Origin: Eledone cirrhosa
Taxonomy: Eukaryota
Length of the DNA: 64,000 nt
Direction of reading: 5' to 3'
Assembly: GCA_964016885.1 (NCBI GenBank)
Contig: OZ024741.1
Span: 13,578,001-13,642,000 of the forward strand
Of this stretch, positions 1-12,300 are shown piece by piece. The notes under the pieces are model-generated. The model was not told the origin of the DNA and did not search any database. It was given only the letters and a program-made list of their open reading frames with translations. Position 1 is the stretch's first letter; every line of letters starts with the position of its first letter. The position numbers and the translations under genes are program-made.

Positions 1-3000
1 GTTAACACTACCTAGGTTTACACTACCGAGGATAACACTACCTAGGTTAACACTACCAAGGTTAACACTACCTAGGTTAACACTACCAAAGGTTAACACT
101 ACCTAGGTTAACACTACCAAGGTTAACACTACCAAAAGTTAACACTACCAAGGTTAACACTACCAAGGTTAACGCTACCTAGGTTAACACTACCAAGGTT
201 AACACTACCTAGGTTAACACTACCAAAGGTTAACACTACCTAGGTTAACACTACCTAGGTTAACACTACCTAGGTTTACACTACCAAGGTTAACACTACC
301 TAGGTTTGCACTACCTAGGTAACACTACCTAGGTTAACACTACCTAGGTTAACACTACCAAGGTTAACACTGCCAAGGTTAACACTACCAAGGTTAACAC
401 TACCTAGGTTAACACTACCTAGGTTTACACTACCAAGGTTAACACTACCTAGGTTAACACTACCAAGGTTAACACTACCTAGGTTAAGACTACCAAGGTT
501 AACACTACCAAGGTTAAGACTACCAAATGTTAACACTACCAAGGTTAACACTACCAAGGTTAACACTACCAAGGTTAACACTACCTAGGTTAACACTACC
601 AAGGTTAACACTACCAAGGTTAAGACTACCAAATGTTAACACTACCAAGGTTAACACTACCAAGGTTAACACTACCTAGGTTAACACTACCTAGGTTTAC
701 AATACCAAGGTTAACACTACCTAGGTGAACACTACCAAGGTTAACACTACCAAGGTTAACACTACCTAGGTTAACACTACCTAGGTTTACACTACCGAGG
801 ATAACACTACCTAGGGTAACACTACCTAGGTTTACACTACCAAGGTTAACACTACCTAGGTTAACACTACCAAGGTTAACACTACCAAGGTTAACACTAC
901 CAAGGTTAACACTACCTAGGTTAACACTACCTAGGTTAACTCTACCAAGGTTAACACTACCTAGGGTAACACTACCTAGGTTAACACTACCAAGGTTAAC
1001 ACTACCTAGGTTAACACTACCAAGTTTAACACTACCAAGGTTAATACTACCTAGGCTAACACTACCAAGGTTAACACTACCAAGGTTAACACTACCTAGG
1101 TTTACACTACCTAGGTTAACTCTACCAAGGTTAACACTACCTAGGGTAACACTACCTAGGTTAACTCTACCAAGGTTAACACTACCTAGGGTAACACTAC
1201 CTAGGTTAACACTACCAAGGTTAACACTACCTAGGCTAACACTACCAAGGTTAACACTACCAAGGTTAACACTACCTAGGTTTACACTACCTAGGTTAAC
1301 TCTACCAAGGTTAACACTACCTAGGGTAACACTACCTAGGTTAACTCTACCAAGGTTAACACTACCTAGGGTAACACTACCTAGGTTAACACTACCAAGG
1401 TTAACACTACCTAGGTTAACACTACCAAGGTTAACACTACATAGGTTAACACTACCAAGGTTAACACTACCAAGGTTAACACTACCAAGGTTAACACTAC
1501 CTAGGTTTACACTAACAAGGTTAACACTACCTAGGTTAACACTACCAAGGTTAACACTACCAAGGTTAACACTACCAAGGTTAACACTACCTAGGCTAAC
1601 ACTACCAAGGTTAACACTACCAAGGTTAACACTACCAAGGTTAACACTACCTAGGTTAACACTACCAAGGTTAACACTACCAAGGTTAACACTACCAAGG
1701 TTAACACTACCTAGGTTAACACAACAAGGTTAACACTACCTAGGTTAACACTAGCAAGGTTTACACTACCTTGGTTAACACTACCTAGGTTAACACTACC
1801 AAGGTTAACACGACCAAGGTTAACACTACCTAGGTTAATTCTACCAAGGTTAACACTACCAAGGTTAACACTACCAAGGTTAACACTACCTAGGTTAATT
1901 CTACCAAGGTTAACACTACCTAGGTTAACACTACCTAGGTGAATTCTACCAAGATTAACACTACCTAGGTTAACACTAACAAGGTTAACACTACCTAGTC
2001 TAACACTACCAAGGTTAACACTACCTAGGTTAACACTACCTAGGTTTACACTACCAAGGTTAACACTACCTAGTTTAATGCTACCAAGGTTAACACTACC
2101 AAGGTTAACACTACCAAGGTTAACACCACCAAGGTTAACACTACTAATGTTAACACTACCTACGTTAACACTACCTAGGTTAACACCACAAGGTTAACAC
2201 TACCAACATTAACACTACCAAGGTTAACACTACCAAGGTTAACACTACCTAGGTTAATACCACCTAAGTTAACACTACCTAGGTTAACACTACCTAGGTT
2301 AACACTACCAAGGTTAACACTACCTAGGTTAACATTACCTAGGTTAACACTACCTAGGTTAACACTACCTACGTTAACACTACCAATGTTAACACTACCT
2401 AGGTTAACACTACCTAGGTTAACACTACCAAGGTTAACACTACCTAGGTTAACACTACCTAGGTTAACACTACCAAGGTTAACACTACCAAGGTTAACAC
2501 TACCAAGGTTAATACTCCCTAGGTTAATACTACCAAGTTTAACACTACCAAGGTTAACACTACCTAGGTTAACACTACCAAGGTTAACACTACCTAGGTT
2601 AACACTACCAAGGTTAACACTACCTAGGTTAATTCTACCAAGGTTAACACTACCTAGGTTAACACTACCTAGGTGAATTCTATCAAGGTTAACACTACCT
2701 AGGTTAACACTACCTAGGTTAATTCTGCCAAGATTAACACTACCTAGGTTAACACTACCAAGGTTAACACTACCTAGGTTAACACTACCAAGGTTAACAC
2801 TACCAAGGTTAACACTACCTAGGTTAACACTACCTAGGTTTACACTACCAAGGTTAACACTACCAAGGTTAACACTACCTAGGTTAATTCTACCAAGGTT
2901 AACACTACCTAGGTTAACACTACCTAGGTTAATTCTACCAAGGTTAACACTACCTAGGTTAACTCTACCAAGGTTAACACTACCTAGGTTCACACTACCT

Positions 3001-5180
3001 AGGTTAATTCTACCAAGGTTAACACTACCTAGGTTAACACTACCAAGGTTAACACTACCTAGGTTAATTCTACCAAGGTTAACACTACCTAGGTTAACAC
3101 TACCAAGGTTAACACTACCTAGGTTAATACTACCAAGGTTAACACTACCAAGGTTAACACTAACTAGTATAAAACAACCAAGGTTAACACTACCTAGGTT
3201 AACACTACTAAGGTTAACACTACCTAGGTTAACACTACCAAGGTTAACACTACATAGGTTAACTACCTAGGTTAACACAACCAAGGTTAACACTACATAG
3301 GTTAACACCACAAGGTTAACAGTACCTAGGTTAACACTACCAAGGTTAACACTATATAGGTTAACACTACCTAGGTTAATACTACCTAGGTTAACACTAC
3401 CAAGGTTAACACTACCTAGGTTAACACTACCAAGGTTAAGACTACCTAGATTAACACTACCAAGGTTAAAACTACCTAGGTTAACACTACCAAGGTTAAC
3501 ACTACCTAGGTTAACACTACCTAGGTTAACACTACCTAGGTTAATACTACCTAGGTTAACACTACCAAGGTTAACACTACCTAGGTTAACACTACCAAGG
3601 TTAAGACTACCTAGGTTACCACTACCAATGTTAAGACTACCTAGGTTAACACTACCAAGGTTAACACTACCAAGGGTAACACCACAAGGTTAACACTACC
3701 TAGGTTAATACTACCTAGGTTCACATTACATAGGTTAAAACTACCTAGGTTAACACTACCAAGGTTAACACTACCAAGGTTAACACAACCAAGGTTAACT
3801 CTACCAAGGTTAATACTACCTAGGTTAACCCTACCAAGGTTAACACTACCAAGGTTAACACTACCTAGGTTAATTCTACCAAGGTTAACACTACCAAGGT
3901 TAACACTACCTAGGTTAATTCTACCAAGGTTAATACTACCTAGGTTAACACTACCAAGGTTAACACTCCCTAGGTTAATTCTACCAAGGTTAACACTACC
4001 TAGGTTAACACTACCTAGGTGAATTCTACCAAGGTTAACACTACCAAGGTAACACTAACTCGTATAAAACAACCAAGGTTAACACTACCTAGGTTAACAC
4101 TACCAAGGTTAACACTACCTAGGTTAACACTACCAAGGTTAACACTACATAGGTTAACTACCTAGGTTAACACAACCAAGGTTAACACTACCTAGGTTAA
4201 TTCTACCAAGGTTAACACTACCTATGTTAACACTACCAAGGTTAACACTACCTAGGTTAATTCTACCAAGGTTAACACTACCTAGGTTAACACTACCAAG
4301 GTTAACACTACCTAGGTTGATACTACCAAGGTTAACACTACCAAGGTTAACACTAACTAGTATAACACAACCAAGGTTAACACTACCTATGTTAACACTA
4401 CTAAGGTTAACACTACCTAGGTTAACACTACCAAGGTTAACACTACATAGGTTAACTACCTAGGTTAACACAACCAAGGTTAACACTACCTAGGTTAACA
4501 CCACAAGGTTAACAGTACCTAGGTTAACACTACCTAGGTGAATTCTACCAAGGTTAACACTACCAAGGTAACACTAACTCGTATAACACAACCAAGGTTA
4601 ACACTACCTAGGTTAATACTACTAAGGTTAACACTACCAAGGTTAAGACTACCAAGGTTAACACTACCTAGGCTAATACTACATAGGTTAACACTACCAA
4701 GGTTAAGACTACCTAGGTTAACACTACCAAGGTTAAGACTACCTAGGTTAACACTACCAAGGTTAAGACTACCTATGTTAACACTACCAAGGTTAACACC
4801 ACCAAGGGTAACACCACAAGGTTAACACTACCAAGGTTAATACTACCTAGGTTAACATTACCTAGGTTAAAACTACCTAGGTTAACACTACCAAGGTTAA
4901 CACAACCAAGGTTAACACAACCAAGGTTAACACTACCAAGGTTAATACTACCTAGGTTAACATCACCTAGGTTAAAACTACCTAGGTTAACACTACCAAG
5001 GTTAACACTACCAAGGTTAACACTACCAATGTTAACACTACCAAGGCTAACACCACAAGGTTAACACTACCAAGGTTAATACTACCTAGGTAAACATTAC
5101 CTAGGTTAAAACTACCTAGGTTAACACTACCAAGGTTAACACTACCAAGGGTAACACCACAAGGTTAACACCACCAAGGT
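1..5180. repeat. 15-bp minisatellite, consensus GGTTAACACTACC(T/A)A, roughly 345 units, open at the window's left edge
   Basis: Direct tandem periodicity of 15 nt with dimorphic CCTAGG/CCAAGG and occasional 1-2 nt indels. It ends at ...ccaccaaggt(5180). The LGSVN/RLTLP ORFs are readings of this unit. Confidence 0.98.
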
Positions 5181-5232
5181 CGGCACTTACGTCTACCTTG
5201 GCTATGTACTGTTTTCATTTGGTTTTGTTTCA

Positions 5233-5449
5233 TTAACCCTTTAGCATTTACATTACTCTATATATGCTATTTTATTTTTTGTGGTAAAGGATTTATCTCA
5301 CATAATATCGAATCTATGAGATTTTAATGTTATTTATTTTGAGAACAATATATTAACATCAGTATAAGCAGCCAGTTTCAGACGGTTTATATATAAGAAG
5401 GTGAGAGAATTGTGGCCAGATATGACCAGTTTAAATGCTAAAGGGTTAA
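5233..5449. mobile_element. piggyBac-type MITE (TTAA target, CCCT termini)
   Basis: TTAA-CCCTTTAGCATTTA at 5233 and its inverted copy TAAATGCTAAAGGG-TTAA ending 5449. A second homologous copy lies at 57604-57892. TTAA TSD plus CCC..GGG ends are established piggyBac hallmarks. Confidence 0.85.
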
Positions 5450-5756
5450 ACGTACTTTACTTAATATATGTGTTCACTGCTTAGTAGTCATATTTTCTCA
5501 TCGTCATTTTTAAGTCCATTTTTCCGTGCTTGCATGGGTTGGATGGGTCTTTTTTAGCACAGCATCTCTCCACTTGCCACATTTCTTCACTAACTTGACT
5601 AGTATTAACCCTGTATATGTAATTAGTGGACTCTCAATATTATATTTTATGGTATTTTAAATAATATATGTTTAGTTGTGTTATTTTCTCTATGTTAGCT
5701 ATATATTTGTAAGGACTGCGCTTTTAGTTGGGAATTTGCATATGATTATTATTATT

Positions 5757-5955
5757 CAGTAGAGTGTCGGGCAAAATGCTTTGTGGCATGGTGTTATGAC
5801 TCTTTACATTCTGAGTTCAAATCCTATTGAGGTTTGCTTTGCTTTTCATCCTTACGGGGGTCAATAAAAGTACCAGTAAGACAATGCGGTCTATTTAATC
5901 AACTTTCACTTTCCCTTCAAATTGCTGGCCTTGTGCCCTAAAGTAGAATCAGTTG
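5757..5955 (+). mobile_element. tRNA-derived SINE, family A
   Basis: B-box-like GAGTTCAAATCC, central TTTGC(C/T)TTTCATCCTT..GGGGTC.ATAAAA..GTACCAGT domain and 3' AATTGCTGGCCTTGTGCC motif, shared with copies at 50755-51345 and 51775-51930. Confidence 0.8.
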
Positions 5956-5961
5956 TCATCT

Positions 5962-6350
5962 ATAAATCCTATTGGGGCCAACTTTGCCTTTCATCCTTCT
6001 ATGATTGATAAAATAAGTACCCATCGATTAGTAAAGGTGCATGGCTAACTGGCAAGGGTGCTGAACTTACGATCGTAATGTTGAGGGTTCGATTCCTGAT
6101 CTTGGTTATGTGTTGTGTTCTTGAGCAGAACACTTCATTTCACGTTGCTCCGGTATACTCAACTGAAAATGAATCTCAGCAATAGGTGGGGGTTTAACCC
6201 TGAGAAGGACTGGTGTCTTGTATAGGGGAGAGTCTTGTACGGTCAGTTGCTTCATGTCACAAAACTGTGATAAGCCCGAGTGTGAGGAGTCGCCTGACTT
6301 GACACAGACTTCGATCAATTACTGAGGTGGCTATAATCAACTTTCTTCAC
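5962..6350 (+). mobile_element. SINE family A fragment interrupted by a family B SINE
   Basis: The central domain at 5965-6022 (aactttgcctttcatcc...gataaaataagtacc) resumes after 6315 as actgaggtggctataatcaactttc, matching family A downstream sequence. Confidence 0.6.
6036..6313 (+). mobile_element. tRNA-derived SINE, family B (near full length)
   Basis: A box TGGCTAACTGG (6042-6052), B box GGTTCGATTCC (6086-6096) and body tgtgttcttgagcagaacacttcatttcac. Homologous copies lie at 48045-48308 and 47545-47660. Confidence 0.85.
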
Positions 6351-6507
6351 CATAATTGTTTTATTGCATTATATATATTTCTGTGACATGGTTATGCCTG
6401 TTACTTCATCAGATGCTCATACAATCATTAGGTGCAATTATGCAATGTTGTGGATATGTTGCTGGTCATCTATCCTGTTTTGATGTCAGCAAGCACATGT
6501 GTGGGTA

Positions 6508-6517
6508 TATATGTATG

Positions 6518-6562
<45 letters not shown>
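6508..6562. repeat. (TA)n / (TATG)n microsatellite
   Basis: Pure TA run of about 20 units. Confidence 0.95.
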
Positions 6563-6569
6563 TATTACA

Positions 6570-7200
6570 CATCCGATGGATGTGTAATAATAATATACGT
6601 GCACGACAAAGCATAAATGAATTGAGAGAGAGACTGAGCATAAGAGGAATCAAATGCTGTGTGCAGGAGAGGCGGTTGCATTGGTATGGACATGTGATGC
6701 GTATGAAGGATGACAGCTGCATAAAAAGGTGCAGAGCACTAGAAGTCGATGGAAACCGCGGAGTGGGGAGACCCAAGATGACCTGGGATGAGGTGATAAA
6801 AGCCGACCTTACCCAATTACACCTCTCAAAGGCGATGATACACAACCGTAACCTCTGGCGTCACGCAGTAATACAGAGTACCCGACCTCCCATGGGTACA
6901 AGCTGAAGCATATAGACAATATGCCCCCACACCCTCCCACTGCAAGGTAGTCGTGGAGGTGCCACGGCAAAAAAGCACCCAGCCCACACTGTAAAGTGGA
7001 CGTGTAGGCGCCACGAAAAAGCACCCAGCACTCACTGTAAATGAGATTGGTGTTAGGAAGAGCATCCAGCTGTATAAATCAAGCCAAATCAGTTCCTGTA
7101 TGAGCAAGGCATGGTCAGCCGACCAGATACTGCCCACAACAGGACAACCCGTCTAACCCATGCTAGCATGGAAGAACGGACGTAAAACGGTGATGATGAT
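6570..7200 (+). mobile_element. Composite retroelement: RTE-clade LINE ORF 3' end + SINE-like body + RTE-type (GAT)n tail
   Basis: Translation IRWMCN..ELRERLSIRGIKCCVQERRLHWYGHVMRM..EVDGNRGVGRPKMTWDEVIKADL is the typical RTE post-RT C-terminus. It is followed by a ggtgttaggaagagcatccagc body and the tail acccatgctagcatggaagaacggacgtaaaacggtgatgatgat. Confidence 0.85.
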
Positions 7201-7438
7201 ATATATAAAAGCAAGTCGGTCTGTGTGTGTGTGTCTGTCTGTGTACAAATACTAGGCTCCTTTTAACTTTTGAAGTACTAGGCGATTTGGCACGTGCTAT
7301 TGAGGCGACCTTTCATTGGCTAGCCAATGAGCTGACATAAGCTGACATGCACTCAGAAATTGCTAGCTACGCCATAAACGACCTTGAACAATTCAGGCTG
7401 TCATTCATTTCCCGAACAACGCCGGGTACATCTGCTAG
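7200..7438 (+). mobile_element. Short non-autonomous Helitron-like element
   Basis: 3' GC hairpin CCCG-aacaacgc-CGGG (7411-7426) followed by CTAG (7435-7438) and T. The 5' end has ATATATAAAA then a TG/TCTG microsatellite, a layout known for non-autonomous Helitrons. Confidence 0.65.
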
Positions 7439-7704
7439 TATATATATAAATGAATGCAACACGTACAGAAAGCAAGAAAAAGAAAGAAATTAGGGAAGTT
7501 TAATTTCACAGTTGAACATATGGCAGTGTCTGTATGTTTGTGTCTGTATGTGTGTGTGTGTGTGTGTAGTAATAGGTAAAAATGAATAAGTTGAACGATA
7601 TTTTACTGACTAAATGGACAAATCCAGCACTAAATGATATGTTTGATGTAATAAGTCAACCTTTACAGAGGATGTGATAGACATAAACTGTGTAAGTCTG
7701 TCAA

Positions 7705-8699
7705 TGTTGTTATTGTAGTTAATGTTCTTGTAATTGGTGTTGTTGTAATTATTGTTTTCGTAACTATTGTTGTAATTGTTGTTACTGTTGTTGTAACTCT
7801 CGTTGTTGTTGTTGTTGTTGCAACTGTTGTTGTTGTTACATTACTATCTGAGATGAGAGACTATAATGAAAACTAAGTTTGTTACTGTTGTTGTTGCTGT
7901 TGTAGTTGTTGTAGTTGCTGTTGTAGTTGCGGTTGTAGTTGATGTTGCTGTTATCTGAAGTGAGTGAGGACCAAAAACTCTGTCTATCACAATTGTTGTT
8001 GTTGTGTTTGCTATCCGGGATGAATGATGTTCTAGAAGTAAAACTTTAGTAGTAATAGTAGTAGTGGTGGTAGTGGTGGTGGTGGTAGTAGTAGTAGTAG
8101 TGGTGGTGGTGTGGTAGTAGTAGTAATAGTAATGGTGGTGGTAGTAGTAGTGGTGGTGGTGTGGTAGTAGTAATTGTAATGGTAGTAGCGGTAGTAGTAG
8201 TGGTGGTATTAGTGGTAGTATTAGTAGTATTAATGGTGGTAGTTGTAGTAGTATTAGTAGTAGTAATGGTAGTAGTGGTTGTTGTAATATTAGTAGTAGT
8301 AATGGTAGTAGTGGTAGTAGTAATAGTAGTAACAATGGTAGTAGTGGTAGTAGTAATAGTAGTAACAATGGTAGTAGAGGTAGTAGTAATAGTAGTAACA
8401 ATGGTAGTAGTGGTAGTAGTAATAGTAGTAACAATGGTAGTAGTGGTAGTAGTGGTAGTAGTTGCTGTCAGTGTTGTTTGCTATCTGATATAAGTGATAA
8501 ATCCTGCTCACCATTTCAGCACATAATCTCTGAATGTTGTGAAAAATGGTGGACTGGTAGTAGTAGTAGTTGTAGTAGTAGTAGTGGTGGTAGTGGTAGT
8601 AGTGGTAGTAGTAGTAGCGGTAGTGGTAGTGGTGGTAGTAGTAGTGGTAGTAGCAGTAGTAGTAGCAGCAGTAGTAGTAGTAGCAGCAGCAGAAGTGGC

Positions 8700-8734
<35 letters not shown>

Positions 8735-8742
8735 AGGTGGTA
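7705..8742. repeat. Compound trinucleotide microsatellites (GTT, GTA, GTG), including a 30-bp cryptic unit at ~8300-8450
   Basis: Tracts at 7705-7950, 8047-8462 and 8557-8742 separated by short unique spacers. Confidence 0.9.
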
Positions 8743-9390
8743 GAGGGGTTACTATGGTTAATGGGGGAGGGGTATGTGAGATAAGAAATGTCCACTTTAC
8801 ATTTCTGTTTTCTCTTTATCCTAATTACTTGTATCTGTGTGTTTCTCTCTATTCAAAATACTTCTGTCTCTATCTGTGTCTGTGTGTGTATGTATGTGTG
8901 TGTGTGTATGTATGTGGGTATGTGTAGCTATGATTGTGTGTATGCTTGTTTCTATACATGTATGATATGTGATTTGATGGTCTGTACCACTGGTTTCATG
9001 TACTTCCTTGTAATTATATTACATGGTATGTGAAGTGTGAAGGTTTCTTTAATGTCTAACAGTAAAATATTTCACAAAAAGCAATACCCATTTTAACTGA
9101 AATACATAAATATCTGAGCTGAATATAGTATATATACAATACAAATTTATTTATATCTCCATTTATCAACTTTAACCATAATCAAAAATATTCTAGCATA
9201 AATTCCATAGATATCTTCCCCATTACAAAACATCTCTACAGGCAAACAAAACAAGAATATATTTCTATTTATCATCTAGTATTTTTCACATCTTTTCACA
9301 TTTTAATAAGTTCACCACAGGTCTTTCTGCTGAATTTGTTTATAGGAAAGTTTTACAGAAGTTTTTCTATAAACATTTATAGGAAGTTTT

Positions 9391-12300
9391 TATACTAGAC
9401 AACTAGTTAGAGGTGGTAGAGAGCAATATGGCCATACTAGAGAACAAGTTAGAGGTGGTAGAGAGCTATATAGCCATACTAGAGAACAAGTTAGAGGTGG
9501 TAGAGAGCAATATGGTCATACTAGAGAACAGGTTAGAGATGGTAGAGAGCAATATGGTCATACTAGAGAACAAGTTAGAGGTGGAAGAGAGCAATATGCA
9601 CATACCAGAGAACAAGTTAGAGATGGTAGAGAGCAATATGGCCATACTAGAGAACAAGTTAGGGGTGGTAGAGAGAAATATGGCCATACTAGGGAACAAG
9701 TTAGAGATGGTAGAGAGCAATATGGTCATACTAGAGAACAAGTTAGAGATGGTAGAGAGCAATATGGTCATACTAGAGAACAAGTTAGAGGTGATAGAGA
9801 GCAATATGGCCATACTAGAGAACAAGTTAGAGGTGGTAGAGAGAAATATGGCCATACTAGAGAACAAGTTAGAGATGGTAGAGAGCAATATGGTCATTCT
9901 AGAGAACAAGGTAGAAGTGGTAGAGAGCAATATGGCCATACTAGAGAACAAGTTAGAGATGGTAGAGAGCAATATGGTCATACTAGAGAACAAGTTAGAG
10001 ATGGTAGAGAGCATTATGGTCATACTAGAGAACAAGTTAGAAGTGGTAGAGAGCAATATGGCCATACTAGAGGACAAGTTAGAGATGGTAGAGAGCAATA
10101 TGGTCATACTAGAGAACAAGTTAGAGGTGGTAGAGAGCAATATGGTCATACTAGGGAACAAGTTAGAGGTGATAGAGAGCAATATGGTCATACTAGAGAA
10201 CAAGTTAGAGATGGTAGAGAGCAATATGGTCATACTAGAGAACAAGTTAGAGGTGGTAGAGAGCAATATGGTCATACTAGAGAACAAGTTAGAGGTGGTA
10301 GAGAGCAATATGGTCATCCTAGAGAACAAGTTAGAGGTGGTAGAGAACAATATCGCCATACTAGAGAACAAGTTAGAGGTGGTAGAGAGCAATATGGCCA
10401 TACTAGAGAACACGTTAGAGGTGATAGAGAGCAATATGGTCATACTAGAGAACAAGTTAGAAGTGGTAGAGAGCAATATGGCCATACTAGAGGACAAGTT
10501 AGAGATGGTAGAGAGCAATATGGTCATACTAGAGAACAAGTTAGAGGTGGTAGAGAGCAATATGGTCATACTAGGGAACAAGTTAGAGGTGATAGAGAGC
10601 AATATGGTCATACTAGAGAACAAGTTAGAGATGGTAGAGAGCAATATGGTCATACTAGAGAACAAGTTAGAGGTGGTAGAGAGCAATATGGTCATACTAG
10701 AGAACAAGTTAGAGGTGGTAGAGAGCAATATGGTCATCCTAGAGAACAAGTTAGAGGTGGTAGAGAACAATATCGCCATACTAGAGAACAAGTTAGAGGT
10801 GGTAGAGAGCGATATGGCCATGCTAGAGAAGTTAGAGATGGTAGAGAGCAATATGGTCATACTAGAGAATAAGTTAGAGGTGGTAGAGAGCAATATGGCC
10901 ATACTAGAGAACAAGTTAGAGGTGGTAGAGAGCAATATGGTCATACTAGAGAACAAGTTAGAGGTGGTAGAGAGCAATATGGTCATACTAGAGAACAAGT
11001 TAGAAGTGGTAGAGAGCAATATGGCCATACTAGAGAACAAGTTAGAGATGGTAGAGAGCAATATGGTCATACTAGAGAACAAGTTAGAGATGGTAGAGAG
11101 CAATATAATCATACTAGAGAACAAGTTAGAGGTGGTAGTGAGCAATATGGTCATACTAGAGAACAAGTTAGAGGTGATAGAGAGAAATATGGTCATACTA
11201 GAGAACACGTTATAGATGGTAGAGAGCAATATCGTCATACTAGAGAACAAGTTAGAGGTGATAGAGCGCAATATGGTCATACTAGAGAACAAGTTAAAGG
11301 TGGTAGAGAGCAATATGGCCATACTAGAGAACAAGTTAGAGGTGATAGAGAGCAATATGGTCATACTAGAGAACAAGTTATAGATGGTAGAGAGCAATAT
11401 GGTCATACTAGAGAACAAGTTAGAGATGGTAGAGAGCAAGATAGTTATACTAGAGAACAAGTTAGAGATGGTAGAGAGCAATATGGTCATACCAGAGAAC
11501 AAGTTAGAGATGGTAGAGAAAAATATGGCCATACTAGAGAACAAGTTATAGGTGATAGAGAGCAATATGGCCATACCAGAGAACAAGTTAGAGGTGGTAG
11601 AGAGCAATATGGCCATACTAGAGAACAAGTTAGAGGTGATAGAGAGCAATATGGTCATACTAGAGAACAAGTTAGAGGTGGTAGAGAGCAATATGGCCAT
11701 ACTAGAGAACAAGTTAGAGGTGATAGAGAGCAATATGGTCATACTAGAGAACAAGTTATAGATGGTAGAGAGCAATATGGTCATACTAGAGAACAAGTTA
11801 GAGGTGGTAGAGAGCAATATGGTCATACTAGAGAACAAGTTAGAGATGGTAGAGAGCAATATAGTCATACTAGAGAACAAGTTAGAGGTGGTAGTGAGCA
11901 ATATGGCCATACTAGAGAACAAGTTAGAGATGGTAGAGAGCAATATGGTCATACTAGAGAACAAGTTAGAGGTGGTAGAGAGCAATATGGTCATACTAGA
12001 GAACAAGTTAGAGGTGGTAGAGAGCGATATGGCCATACTAGAGAACACGTTAGAGGTGATAGAGAGCAATATGGTCATACTAGAGAACAAGTTAGAGGTG
12101 GTAGAGAGCGAGATGGCCATGCTTAAAAGTTAGAGATGGTAGAGAGCAATATGGTCATACTAGAGAACAAGTTAGAGGTGGTAGAGAGCAATATGGCCAT
12201 ACTAGAGAACAAGTTAGAGGTGGTAGAGAGCAATATGGTCATACTAGAGAACAAGTTAGAGGTGGTAGAGAGCAATATGGTCATACTAGAGGACAAGTTA

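Noticed and set aside
1-5180. Telomeric repeat or pentapeptide-repeat protein (LGSVN)
   Set aside because: It is not TTAGGG-like or G-strand biased, and frequent non-3n indels break the frames.
5160-5200. 15-bp unit derived from the SINE A motif (caaggttaac / ccaccaaggtcg)
   Set aside because: Only ~10 nt match, the downstream flank does not continue as SINE, and the left flank is outside the window.
6036-6110. tRNA gene
   Set aside because: A and B boxes are present, but the sequence continues into a repeated SINE body and lacks a clean acceptor stem.
7844-8927. Mucin-like Thr-rich and Ser/Gly-rich ORFs
   Set aside because: They are microsatellite-derived, with no recognisable domain or convincing splice structure.
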